This document shows, in pieces, positions 9,532-19,318 of a DNA stretch of 64,000 bases. The stretch lies in NCBI GenBank assembly GCA_937973965.1, contig CALJJQ010000031.1, positions 33,635-97,634 on the forward strand, read 5' to 3'. A program made the translations under genes and the position numbers. The notes under the pieces were generated by a model. The model was not told the DNA's origin and ran no database searches. It saw only the letters and a program-made list of their open reading frames with translations. The DNA comes from an uncultured Calothrix sp. (GTDB lineage Bacteria; Cyanobacteriota; Cyanobacteriia; Cyanobacteriales; Nostocaceae). Position 1 is the first letter of the stretch. Every line of letters begins with the position of its first letter.

Positions 9532-9666
9532 CCAAATAGGTGTATGGAACTCAAAAACCTTGCATTTGTAATTTTTTAGAGCCAAGCAAAAGTGGAATTT
9601 TGACGTTAAAATTATTTCCTGTACAGACGCGACATGTCGCGTCTGTCTTTTTCCGCAGACCCTAAT
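9532..9666 (+). repeat. mosaic repeat family C, with hairpin 9621-9647; it abuts the icd stop codon
   Basis: See 3976-4090. The element end ...TTTTTCCGCAGACCCTAATT runs directly into the icd stop (9667-9669). Confidence 0.8.
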
Positions 9667-11094
9667 TTAAGACTGGACAAAACCCTGAATAATCGCGTTG
9701 GCGAACTCAGAACACTTCAGTGGGGGGACTGGTGGTTCCATAAGACGGGCCAAATCATAGGTAACTTGACCTTGAGCGATCGCACTAGCTAAACCTTGTT
9801 TAATCAAGTCAGCCGCTTCTTGCCAACCGAGGTACTCTAACATCATTACACCAGAGAGAATGACCGAACCGGGGTTAACCTTGTCCAAACCAGCATGTTT
9901 CGGAGCAGTGCCGTGGGTAGCTTCAAAAATTGCGCAGCGATCGCCAATGTTTGCACCTGGTCCCATCCCCAAACCGCCGACAATTGCCGCAGCTGCATCC
10001 GATAAATAATCCCCATTTAAATTCATGGTGGCCAAAATGGAATATTCATCGGGACGGGTTTGAATTTGTTGGAAAATACTATCGGCAATCCGGTCATTGA
10101 CCATGATTTTATTTTGCCATTGACCATCCCCGTGGCTTGTCCAAATTGCTTGTAAAATGGTTTCCACTTCTTGGACAATTTGCTTTTGTTTTTCGGGGGT
10201 AAGGTTATCAAAACCCGGATCAATCATCCGCGCATTTTCCAAAGCTGTCAAATCGGGATTTTTTTCTTTATTTGCCAAAATCCAGGATTCCCGCTCCGTC
10301 ACACACTCATTACGGAACTCCGTCGTCGCCAATTCATAACCCCAGTCCCGAAAAGCCCCTTCGGTGTACTTCATGATATTACCTTTATGCACTAAAGTGA
10401 CCATTTGCTTAGCTTTAGGTAAAGTTAACGCATGTTTAATTGCCCGTCGAACCAAGCGTTGCGAACCAGTTTTACTAATGGGTTTAATGCCGATTCCCGC
10501 ATCTAGGGGAATTTGTTTTTTACCATGTTCTGGAGTAGCCGGAATTAATTCCTCATTCAGCAACTTAATTAAGCGATCGCCCACCTCACTACCCTGTTTC
10601 CACTCAATCCCCAAATAAATATCTTCCGTATTTTCCCGATAGACGATCACATCCAGTTTTTCCGGCGATTTATGGGGAGAAGGAGTGCCAGCATAATAAC
10701 GACAGGGACGCACACAGGCATATAAATCAAAAATTTGTCGTAAAGCCACATTCAAAGAACGAATTCCCCCTCCCACAGGAGTCGTCAGGGGACCTTTGAT
10801 GGCCACACCATACTCTTCAATTGCCGTCAAGGTATCCTGGGGCAAATACTGGTAGGTTCCATACAACTCACAAGCCTCATCCCCAGCATAAACCTTAAAC
10901 CAGTGAATTTGTCGTTTTCCTTGGTAGGCAGTTGCCACAGCTGCATCTAACACCTTTTGTGTTGCAGGCCAAATATCTATACCTGTACCATCTCCTCGAA
11001 TAAAAGGAATAATAGGGTTATCAGGAACTACAGGTTCACCATTTTCAAAGGTGATTTTTGCACCCGTCGTCGGGGGAGTAATTTTTTCGTACAT
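9667..11094 (-). CDS. icd: NADP-dependent isocitrate dehydrogenase
   Basis: 475 aa. [46 protein letters not shown] and [10 protein letters not shown] are canonical Icd motifs. Confidence 0.95.
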   Translation of the reverse strand: MYEKITPPTTGAKITFENGEPVVPDNPIIPFIRGDGTGIDIWPATQKVLDAAVATAYQGKRQIHWFKVYAGDEACELYGTYQYLPQDTLTAIEEYGVAIKGPLTTPVGGGIRSLNVALRQIFDLYACVRPCRYYAGTPSPHKSPEKLDVIVYRENTEDIYLGIEWKQGSEVGDRLIKLLNEELIPATPEHGKKQIPLDAGIGIKPISKTGSQRLVRRAIKHALTLPKAKQMVTLVHKGNIMKYTEGAFRDWGYELATTEFRNECVTERESWILANKEKNPDLTALENARMIDPGFDNLTPEKQKQIVQEVETILQAIWTSHGDGQWQNKIMVNDRIADSIFQQIQTRPDEYSILATMNLNGDYLSDAAAAIVGGLGMGPGANIGDRCAIFEATHGTAPKHAGLDKVNPGSVILSGVMMLEYLGWQEAADLIKQGLASAIAQGQVTYDLARLMEPPVPPLKCSEFANAIIQGFVQS

Positions 11095-11658
11095 TAACTA
11101 TGCTCCTAATATTTTCGCTGCAACACAAGATTTTCCCAAATCGTTGACACGTGGGAGCTAAGAAATTGTATCTCAATCATCTTGGTAATAATCACTGTGA
11201 GATTGGGCTATGTAGCTATTAACGCAAGTCTTCCCGTCAGGGTATAGCTAACCACTCGCAGTAGAGTTTGAGACTGATTTTGCCCAAGTGAAACTTGCCA
11301 AATTCCCATTTGACACAGCCATGAAGCGCAGAGATATCGCCCAGTGGCAGCAAACGTATGGTTTAAGATACTTTTTACAGCCTGAAAGCATTATATAGGA
11401 ATCTGGATGCAGAGGGAATATTGGTTTGTCAACTCAATTCGGACGGGGGAAAGCAAACAGGGGATGCTGTGTCAGAAAATGTATCAACATTTTTGTGAAA
11501 TGGTGTCAGACCAATAGACGTAGACAGAAAAATTTGTAATTTTCGATTCGGGTTTTGATATCAATGGCTTGTATGGGTTAATCTAAAATGTGAAACAGAA
11601 AAATCCGACTTAAATTTCCTTTAATATTATTTAGTTTAGTGAATCCACATTGATCATC

Positions 11659-12375
11659 ATGACAGACCCTATGACATTATCAGGCAATGCAAATGAACTC
11701 GATGCTGTTCGTGTCCAGCTAATCGATGGGTCTGAACGAGTCCAACAACAGCTACTACCGCAAATTACTGGCTTAGGTGAGGCTGGGGATGATATTTTCA
11801 TGGAATTTCTCTTAAAGCGCAGTGGTAATCCACCGAAGTGGATTGATGGTAAAGTGTATCAAATTCTCCGCACTGCCAATTCTGAACGGGTCAAGGCTTT
11901 TTTACAAACCCATTTTCCCCAGGGTGTGGTACCGTTGTTGAGTGAGGTGGGGATTGATTACCAACCTTTACAGGAATTATTGGTTAATCAGGATTTTGAA
12001 GCTGCCGATCGCTTGACGATGCAGAAAATGTGTGAGTTGGCAGGTGAAGCGGCTATACAACGGAAATGGTTGTATTTTACAGAGGTGGATAGTTTTCCTG
12101 TAACCGATTTACAAACTATCAATAATTTATGGGTAGTGTATTCCGAGGGCAAATTTGGATTTTCGGTACAACGGGAATTATGGTTGGGTTTGGGCAAGAA
12201 TTGGGATAATCTGTGGGCAAAGATCGGCTGGAAAAATGGCAATAATTGGACGCGTTATCCCAATGGGTTTACTTGGGATTTAACTGCACCCAAGGGTCAT
12301 TTGCCTTTGTCGAATCAATTGCGAGGTGTGCGGGTAATTGCAGCCTTGTTTGCCCATCCTGCGTGGGATAAATAA
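11659..12375 (+). CDS. gun4: GUN4 domain protein (Mg-chelatase activator)
   Basis: WLYFTEVDSFPVTDLQTINNLWVVYSEGKFGFSVQRELW...WTRYPNGFTWDLTAPKGHLPL is the GUN4 core. The ORF is open from TTG 11650. Confidence 0.9.
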   Translation: MTDPMTLSGNANELDAVRVQLIDGSERVQQQLLPQITGLGEAGDDIFMEFLLKRSGNPPKWIDGKVYQILRTANSERVKAFLQTHFPQGVVPLLSEVGIDYQPLQELLVNQDFEAADRLTMQKMCELAGEAAIQRKWLYFTEVDSFPVTDLQTINNLWVVYSEGKFGFSVQRELWLGLGKNWDNLWAKIGWKNGNNWTRYPNGFTWDLTAPKGHLPLSNQLRGVRVIAALFAHPAWDK

Positions 12376-13156
12376 CCATCTACGCACTATCCCGATTGAT
12401 TTACCGATGGGGGTGATGATGCATGACTTTGCCATCACTGCCAATTATACAATTTTTCTGGATTTACCCTTGACCTTCAGTATGGAAAGAATACAACGGG
12501 GTGAACCGATGATGATGTTTGAAGCGGATAAACCGAGTCGATTCGGGATTATGCCTCGACACGGGGATAATCGCAGCATTCGTTGGTTTGAAGCTCCATC
12601 CTGTTATATTTTCCATACCCTCAATGCCTACGAACAGGGTGATGAGGTGATTTTGATTGCTTCTCGGATGAGTTCCACCAGCGTCCTCGGTGAAAGTTCT
12701 GACCCCCAAGGGGATATCCCCCGTTTACACCGTTGGCGTTTTCATCTACCTAGTGGTACAGTCCAGGAAGAAGCATTGGATGACCATGTTTCCGAATTTC
12801 CCCGGATTAATGAAAACTGGTTAGGACGATCAAATCGTTATGGTTATACTAGCAAGATGGCAAGCGATCGCCTTCCCTTATTTACTGGTATTATTAAACA
12901 TGATTTGCAGCAAAATCGTCAGTATATCCATGAGTTTGGTTCCGGACGGTTTGGTGGTGAGGCTGTGTTTGCTCTCCGTCCCAGTGCAACCCAAGAGGAT
13001 GAAGGATGGTTAATTACTTTTGTTTACGATTCTCATCAAGATTGTTCGGAACTATTAGTGGTTAATGCTCAAGATATGACTGGTGAACCTGTTGCCAGGG
13101 TTATTCTACCTCAACGGGTTCCCTACGGTTTTCATGGTATTTGGCTGGAAGAATGA
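12338..13156 (+). pseudogene. carotenoid (apocarotenoid) cleavage oxygenase, C-terminal half only
   Basis: MMHDFAITANYTIFLDLPL...FHTLNAYE...FPRINE...GEAVF...VPYGFHGIWLEE matches the C-terminal ~250 aa of RPE65/CCO-family enzymes (normally ~480 aa). Family similarity starts right at the gun4 stop. Confidence 0.75.
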
Positions 13157-13285
13157 TTTGATTTTAGATTTTGGATTACCCTTCGAGAAACCGCACTACA
13201 TGCGTCTATGGATTTTGGATTTTCTTCATGTGTATATACAGCCTTGTCTGACACGAAGGAATAATTTAATTTTGGATTTTGGTTA
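13154..13285. repeat. three patches of GATTTTG/GATTTTA heptamer repeats
   Basis: GATTTGATTTTAGATTTTGGATTA (13154-13177), GGATTTTGGATTTTC (13210-13224), TTTAATTTTGGATTTTGGTT (13266-13285). Confidence 0.85.
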
Positions 13286-13408
13286 TTTTTCGCCGACTCC
13301 CTACTCCCAATTGCCTTACATAAACCTTACATAAAACTTATTTAAGCGACACATAATATTTTTTGTGAATGCTGCTGAAAATTTTGTGTTTGCTGCTACA
13401 ATAGACAT

Positions 13409-13526
13409 ATTAAGATTTATAACAAATTGTGTATTCGGAAGGCACAGTTTGGAAGTAACCAAATAGAGAAGATAGTTAAACAGAGACAACAGAACCGAGA
13501 CCAGGCTTTTCCAACTGGTCTTTTTT
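13409..13526 (+). ncRNA. candidate orphan sRNA (promoter-like TACAAT to intrinsic terminator)
   Basis: TACAAT at 13397-13402. The following ~95 nt contain no ATG. Terminator AGACCAG (13498-13504)/CTGGTCT (13515-13521) plus T run. Confidence 0.3.
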
Positions 13527-13576
13527 GTATTTCTTCCTGTCCGTTTCCCATTAATCTACAGCACAATTGTATATGT

Positions 13577-13652
13577 ATTTAGGGTTTGTAGAAAAGAGAC
13601 GCGACATGCCGCGTCTGTACAGGAATATTTTTCAAGCTATAATTCCACTTAG
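13577..13652 (-). repeat. mosaic repeat family C (inverted, partial), with hairpin 13595-13620
   Basis: The reverse complement reads AAGTGGAATT..AAAAATATTCCTGTACAGACGCGGCATGTCGCGTCTCTTTTCTACAAACCCTAAAT. It ends 7 nt before ATG 13659. Confidence 0.75.
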
Positions 13653-13658
13653 GTAAAA

Positions 13659-15593
13659 ATGATGGTGCGTTGGCAAAGTTGGCGATCGCTGGTTTTAATT
13701 CTACCCTTTGCTGCTATAGTTGGTTTTATGCTAGTGGCGGCTGCCATTCAAATCCATGCTTGGGGTTTAAATTGGATTTGGGCTTTATTTACCCTCGTAT
13801 TTTTGGGTTGGCGTTGGTTATTGGTACGTTGGACCCAACCCACCTTACAACAGGTAAATGCGGTGGTGGAGGAGGTACAACGGGAATTAGAAGCTTCCCA
13901 GGAATCCTTGACATCAGTAACTTCCCTACCCCCAGATACCACCAGTCGGGTGGAAGCTGCTTTACAGCAGATTTTGCACGATTCCCAACAGGATGCACCC
14001 ATCTGGGAAGACTTACAAACCTTTTGGCAACGCTGTCAAAGTTTGGTGACAGAAATTGCCCGTATCTATCACCCGGAAGTTAAATATCCCCTACTCAACA
14101 TTTATATACCCCAAGCCTACGGATTGATGCGGGGAACAGTTGATGATGTTGACCAATGGATGCAAAAAATATCACCCGTACTCAATCAAGTTAGTATTGG
14201 TCAGGTCTATGAAGCCTACGAAATTTATCAAAAATTAGAACCTTCAGCCCGTAAACTCTTAAAAGCCTTAAATTTAGCCCAGTGGTTACTCAACCCTGTA
14301 GCTGCGATCGCCAACACAACTACCCAGCGTTACAGTGAAAGGGCTAATCAGCAACTTCTGATAAATCTCAGCCAATTGTTGCGGGAAGTAACCCTGCGTA
14401 ACTTGTCTCGACAAGCGGCAATCTTGTACGGTGGTAATACCCTCCCTGCAAGCTTTAATTTGGTGACGGATAGCAATGCTGCGACATCTGTAAAAACCCA
14501 AACTCTGCGGGATATTCTCACCACAGCCGAACCCCTCACCACAGTGGAAGCAAAGCCTGTGAATTTGTTGTTGGTGGGACGTACAGGTGCAGGTAAAAGT
14601 AGTTTAATTAATACCCTGTTCCAAGCCAATTTAGCAGCAGTAGATGTGTTACCTTCTACGGATGCTATCCAGTGTTATCACTGGCAAAGTCAGGGAATGG
14701 AAGCTTTGAACCTGTGGGATACACCGGGATACGAACAGGTAAAGCGGAGCGATTTACGGGAACAAGTGTTAAATTATGCTCGTACTGCTGATTTATTGGT
14801 ATTGGTGACACCTGCACTCGATCCAGCCTTACAAATGGATGTGGATTTCTTGCAGGAAATTAAAGCCGAGAATCCAGATTTACCCTGTTTAGCAGTGGTT
14901 ACCCAGGTGGATAAACTCCGACCATTGCGGGAGTGGGAACCACCCTACGATTGGGAATGGGGGGAACGTCCCAAGGAGGTAGCAATTCGTGCAGCTTGTG
15001 AATACCGTGTGCAGGTACTGGGGGAATTATGCCATGCCGTGATTCCCGTTGTCACCGAAGATGGACAAACAGGTAGACAGAAATGGGGGGTGGATGAACT
15101 AGCGATCGCCTTATATGGGGAAATTAATCCTGCGAAACAACTGCGCTTAGCTAGATTTTTACGGGATTTAGATACAAAAGCGATCGCCGCAGCCAAGGTC
15201 ATAGACCATTATACATTCCAAATGACCACGACCCAGGGATTAACCGCATTACTGAAAAGTCCGATATTACAATTTATTTCCACCCTCTCCACAGGTTCAC
15301 CAGCCCTCGCGAAAATCCTAGCAGAAAAAATCCCCGTGGAACAATTACCAGTGGTGATTGGTAAAATCCAAATGGGCTATGATTTATTTTCTTTGTTAAA
15401 TAACGACAGTTCCCGCAAATTTGATTTACTAGGTTTATGGGGAATTATCACCGAAAACCCCGCTTCCCCCGATGAAAATGCTGCTGCTTTCGGTCATGCC
15501 TATGTGGAATACCTCACCCAGAATTTAACCATACCAGAATTGCGATCGCGGGTCGAATTTTATTTACAAAAGGCAGGAGGCAAAAGACAGTAA
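13659..15593 (+). CDS. membrane-anchored GTPase (HSR1/MMR1-type G domain)
   Basis: 644 aa. N-terminal hydrophobic helices. LLLVGRTGAGKSSLINTLF (G1), DTPGY (G3), TQVDK (G4). Confidence 0.75.
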   Translation: MMVRWQSWRSLVLILPFAAIVGFMLVAAAIQIHAWGLNWIWALFTLVFLGWRWLLVRWTQPTLQQVNAVVEEVQRELEASQESLTSVTSLPPDTTSRVEAALQQILHDSQQDAPIWEDLQTFWQRCQSLVTEIARIYHPEVKYPLLNIYIPQAYGLMRGTVDDVDQWMQKISPVLNQVSIGQVYEAYEIYQKLEPSARKLLKALNLAQWLLNPVAAIANTTTQRYSERANQQLLINLSQLLREVTLRNLSRQAAILYGGNTLPASFNLVTDSNAATSVKTQTLRDILTTAEPLTTVEAKPVNLLLVGRTGAGKSSLINTLFQANLAAVDVLPSTDAIQCYHWQSQGMEALNLWDTPGYEQVKRSDLREQVLNYARTADLLVLVTPALDPALQMDVDFLQEIKAENPDLPCLAVVTQVDKLRPLREWEPPYDWEWGERPKEVAIRAACEYRVQVLGELCHAVIPVVTEDGQTGRQKWGVDELAIALYGEINPAKQLRLARFLRDLDTKAIAAAKVIDHYTFQMTTTQGLTALLKSPILQFISTLSTGSPALAKILAEKIPVEQLPVVIGKIQMGYDLFSLLNNDSSRKFDLLGLWGIITENPASPDENAAAFGHAYVEYLTQNLTIPELRSRVEFYLQKAGGKRQ

Positions 15594-15728
15594 GCAGTAA
15601 GTGTATAAATATACGAGTAAAAACTTAATTTCTGGATAAAAAACCGGGTTTTTCTCAAAGATTATACTGAGGCTATATTGGAAATGTATAAGAAATTGCC
15701 CTTGCTGCATCCAGATATAAATTGAAAT

Positions 15729-15796
15729 GTAGAGACGTGATATATCGCGTCTACAACTAATTTTTTTATATATCGCGTCTACAACTAATTTTTAGG
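15729..15796. repeat. hairpin repeat plus a 28-bp tandem duplication of its right arm and flank; it overlaps the kinase stop codon
   Basis: GTAGAGACGTGATATATCGCGTCTAC at 15729-15754. TATATCGCGTCTACAACTAATTTTT occurs at 15741-15765 and 15769-15793. Confidence 0.9.
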
Positions 15797-17924
15797 GTGT
15801 GGGTGTTTCCGTTGGTGTTGGGGTGGGTGTTTCCGTTGGAGTGGGTGTTTCTGTCGGTGTTGGGGTGGGTGTGGGTGTTTCTGTGGGTGTGGGTGTGGGG
15901 TTGGTGGCTGTTATTTCTAAAGTGTAGTTATAGTCACTGTTTGCAGTTGCGGCAATGACGAATTCGTAGAAACCTGTTTCGGGTAGGTTGAGGAAAAACT
16001 CCCGTTGGGTGGAATCCTCCAGAAATCTCAATTTGCCACTGGGGGAGTAGATGGATAATAAAACCTTGTTGTTGGCGGTGAGTTTGACTTGCATGTCTTG
16101 ACCCTCGCTCAATCTAGCGATAAAAACCATACCATCGCCAGGTTTGAGGACTCCCCTTGTGGTGACTCCCGTTGCTCCAGGGGAAAATTCTAAGCGACGG
16201 AAAGCTGTTCCTCCCAGGATTGCCACTAGTCTATCATTAACAAATCCATGCCACACCTGACCGATGGGTTGGTCAATAAAGTTTTTGCCACGTTGTTCGG
16301 GAAAGTGATGAAAAAAGGCTGCATCTCCCAAATCAAACAAAGAACGGCTACCGACGTTGATATTATTGACCTGGACTTTCCAGCGATCGCGGTCTGCGGA
16401 TGTATAATTACCTAAACGGCGACGGGATTCATTACTCAGTAGGGATAATTTTTCTAAAACTTCCGCAGCTGTTGCATCCCATTCAGCCCGTGCTGTTTCA
16501 TCCGCAGCACCATCACTTAAACTTCTCCCCCGGAAACTAGGGTTTTTATCCCAAAATATTTGGTTAACTAAATTGACGTAAAAGTTAAAATCGACACCTA
16601 ATTGCTGACGGCGTTGCCGTAATCTTTCCTTGCGCGCTCTTTCCACTGGTGAGTAATTTGCCAGGGGGTCGGTCGGTTGGGTTTGGGTGGGAACGGGTGT
16701 GGGTGATTCGGTAACTGAACCAATGGGATTGGCTTCGTCAATTTTGTTGGCGGACAGAATACTGCTCAGACCCCAGATACCAATACCTGTCGCACAGCCA
16801 ACACCTAATACCAATAGGGCAATTTTACCTGGTTTCCAGGAGGGAGAGGATGGAGGTAAAACTGGTGCTGGTGGGTTGGTGACTGGTGGGTAGGCTGGTT
16901 GGGTGGAAATTGGCAGCAAAGAAGGGTTGACAGCTTGGGTCGGTGCAACGGGTGAAGAGGTCAGGGGTGTGTTTAGAGCTTGAATAACTTGACGTGCTGA
17001 TTGAAACCTGTCGGTGGGGATGGGGGATAGCATCCGGTCGAGAATTGCCGTGAAATCCGGACTTAAATCGATGATATTATGCCATTGCCACCGCAGATTG
17101 TAGGTATCAATTAGTTCTTGAGGAGATTTACCAGTCAGTAATACTAACACCGTTGCCCCTAGGGCATATAGATCGCTGTGGGGTTCCGCAATCCCGGTTT
17201 GCATTTGTTCTGGAGGTGCGTAGCCAATTTTACCTAGGCGAGTACCGGGGGAGGAGGAAACCCTACCATCGGGGTTGGCATTTTGGAGAGCAACAACGGT
17301 AGCTGCAACTTGTTTGACTCCACCAAAGTCGATGAGAACGGGTAATTGGTCACTGGAACGTAGGATTAAATTGTCGGGGGAGATATCGCGGTGAATTACT
17401 CCCACTCCATGAATATATTCGAGTACAGGTAAAATTTGTTGTAATAATTGTTTGACTTCGGCTTCGGAAAACCGCAATCCCTGACTCAGACGTTGACGTA
17501 ATAGGGTATTGTAGGTTTGTCCCTCAACGAAATCCTGGACTAGAAATAGATATTCCTTATCAGCTTGTTTAGTGCGAAAAAGCTCACGAAAACGGGGTAT
17601 TTGGGGATGTTGGAGTTGGTAGAGAACCGTTGCTTCCCTTTGGAATAATTCCTCGGCTTTTTGTAGTACGTAGGCTGTTTGAACTTGGGGAGAAAACTCC
17701 TTGAGAACACATAACTCTCGAAATCGGTTAATATCTTCAGCCAAATAGGTGCGTCCGAACCCACCCTGCCCGAGTTGACGTACAATTAGATATCTTTCCC
17801 CCAGGGTCAAACCAGGTTGGATACTAGGAATATTGCCAAACATGTCCAATTTTTCCCCACAGTGAAGGCAAAATTTACTACCAGTTGGGTTTTCGTGACC
17901 TTTAGAACAGTAAAACGGATTCAT
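15792..17924 (-). CDS. Ser/Thr protein kinase with N-terminal zinc ribbon, TM helix and extracytoplasmic C-terminal domain
   Basis: CSKGHENPTGSKFCLHCG, GGFGRTYLA, HRDISPDNLIL, DFG, APPEQ. A Pro-rich linker plus TM follows. The C-terminus ends in a (TPTPTE)n tail. Confidence 0.9.
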   Translation of the reverse strand: MNPFYCSKGHENPTGSKFCLHCGEKLDMFGNIPSIQPGLTLGERYLIVRQLGQGGFGRTYLAEDINRFRELCVLKEFSPQVQTAYVLQKAEELFQREATVLYQLQHPQIPRFRELFRTKQADKEYLFLVQDFVEGQTYNTLLRQRLSQGLRFSEAEVKQLLQQILPVLEYIHGVGVIHRDISPDNLILRSSDQLPVLIDFGGVKQVAATVVALQNANPDGRVSSSPGTRLGKIGYAPPEQMQTGIAEPHSDLYALGATVLVLLTGKSPQELIDTYNLRWQWHNIIDLSPDFTAILDRMLSPIPTDRFQSARQVIQALNTPLTSSPVAPTQAVNPSLLPISTQPAYPPVTNPPAPVLPPSSPSWKPGKIALLVLGVGCATGIGIWGLSSILSANKIDEANPIGSVTESPTPVPTQTQPTDPLANYSPVERARKERLRQRRQQLGVDFNFYVNLVNQIFWDKNPSFRGRSLSDGAADETARAEWDATAAEVLEKLSLLSNESRRRLGNYTSADRDRWKVQVNNINVGSRSLFDLGDAAFFHHFPEQRGKNFIDQPIGQVWHGFVNDRLVAILGGTAFRRLEFSPGATGVTTRGVLKPGDGMVFIARLSEGQDMQVKLTANNKVLLSIYSPSGKLRFLEDSTQREFFLNLPETGFYEFVIAATANSDYNYTLEITATNPTPTPTETPTPTPTPTETPTPTETPTPTPTETPTP

Positions 17925-17975
17925 TGGGTGTTGTCAAATAAAAATTAAAGATAAAAATAAAAAATTAGTATTGTG

Positions 17976-18108
17976 ATACTTTACACAATGATATATTTGC
18001 CTTTTGGTTTGTTGACAGTTGGCAGTGTAGACGTAGCATTGCTACTTACGAATTACGAATTACAAATTACGAATTACGAAAAGCCCACTGATTGAGCGTG
18101 TAAAGTAT
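17976..18108 (-). mobile_element. 133-bp TIR-bounded element with a heptamer-array core (MITE-like)
   Basis: ATACTTTACAC (17976-17986) and GTGTAAAGTAT (18098-18108) form 11-bp TIRs. The core holds five TTACGAA units (18046-18080). The sub-terminal regions match element 46343-46466. Confidence 0.65.
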
Positions 18109-18530
18109 AAATATTCAACCTTGTCTAGATGGAAAGCAGGAGTTTTCAGAATTCAGGATATAATGGTATTATTTAACCTGTTTGCTGAAAACTCTAGATT
18201 TCACGGTCAACGCGGTTTTGATTTTACTTCGGGAAGGGGAATTTAATCCCAATAGAGTTAGATTAAAGGGTAAAGGAGTCACAAGTAAAGAATAGAATTT
18301 ACAGTGAAAAACAAATACCAGCTCGCATCAGAAATTGATTGCGCCAAGCAGTGGTTTTGAAGTAGATTTCTAACTTGTAAGTCTTCATCGGCTACCAAGC
18401 TGTTTCTCAAGGGTTTTCGGTGTATTCCGTATAATCACTTAAGATACAATCTGTATGGGCGAAAATCCGAATATTTTTTTCCTTGACTTGAAAGTAGGTA
18501 TGGAGTAGGAAAAAACACTCCTATCTCAGA

Positions 18531-18584
18531 GAATGTTTTAAAAGTCGATTTTAATACTTAACAAGCTCGTTTTTTGGGAGTAGG
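18531..18584 (+). repeat. repeat module E
   Basis: GAATGTTTTAAAAGTCGATTTTAATACTTAACAAGCTCGTTTTTTGGGAGTAGG also occurs at 36317-36371 and, inverted, at 50346-50397. Confidence 0.85.
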
Positions 18585-18735
18585 TAGCAGGGAATCGGTT
18601 GAGACGCAGCCAAAATCTTATTTCCCAATCTCAAATAAGCACTCCCCAGGAAAAACTGACTACGACGAAATGACTAAATAATTATTTATACTGGGGAATA
18701 TCAACACTGACCTTCTGTCTGGAAACTAAAGATTT

Positions 18736-19143
18736 ATGTTTGGCAACTTTCAAAAAACCCAACTTCGCATAGAAATTGATGCATCGGCAAAGTCCATCGC
18801 CGAAAGTTTACTATATCCTGCCCAATTACAAAAGTGGTTGCCTTCTGGTAATTTGAGTTTAGGAATGCCGGATAAATTATATTCGGGATATGAGTTTACT
18901 AGTAAATTGGGTCCGGTGCAAATTCACCATTATGTAGATGTGGTGGGTGATAATTGTTTGCGGCTTTTACTTAGTCAGGGTATTGATGGTTTCCATGAGT
19001 GGTATTGGGGGGAAGGATGGGTGCAATCACGTCTGGAGGGAGTTTCCGTATTACCCCTATCCTTGGGACAAACTGCAAGTTTAATTAGTTTGCGACAGTT
19101 TTTGCGTGTCAATTTCCCTAATGATCAAAAATTATCGTCGTAG
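18736..19143 (+). CDS. hypothetical protein
   Basis: 135-aa ORF with ordinary composition. No family recognised. Confidence 0.5.
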   Translation: MFGNFQKTQLRIEIDASAKSIAESLLYPAQLQKWLPSGNLSLGMPDKLYSGYEFTSKLGPVQIHHYVDVVGDNCLRLLLSQGIDGFHEWYWGEGWVQSRLEGVSVLPLSLGQTASLISLRQFLRVNFPNDQKLSS

Positions 19144-19318
19144 GAAGGTAGCGTTGCCACATCTTTCTGTTGACAGGTGACTGTTGACTTGATTTTTGGT
19201 TTTTTTGTACTAGTAGTCGATAAGTCCCAGTCCCAAAATACTTCTCTCCAACAGTTAGCAGTGATATTATTAAGGACTGTTTCACTCCTGTCAACACACC
19301 TAGCTTGAGTCTGCCGAT

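Noticed and set aside
11242-11255. NtcA box upstream of icd (GTATAGCTAACCAC)
   Set aside because: It is GTAN8CAC, one mismatch from GTAN8TAC. I could not place a TAN3T -10 box about 22 nt downstream toward icd. GTATGGTTTAAGATAC at ~11357 has the wrong spacing (N10). This is too weak to call.
13659-17924. GTPase + Ser/Thr kinase pair as a possible defence or signalling module
   Set aside because: The genes are convergent, not an operon, and are separated by repeat elements. Each looks like a common stand-alone cyanobacterial family. No nuclease or effector partner is present.
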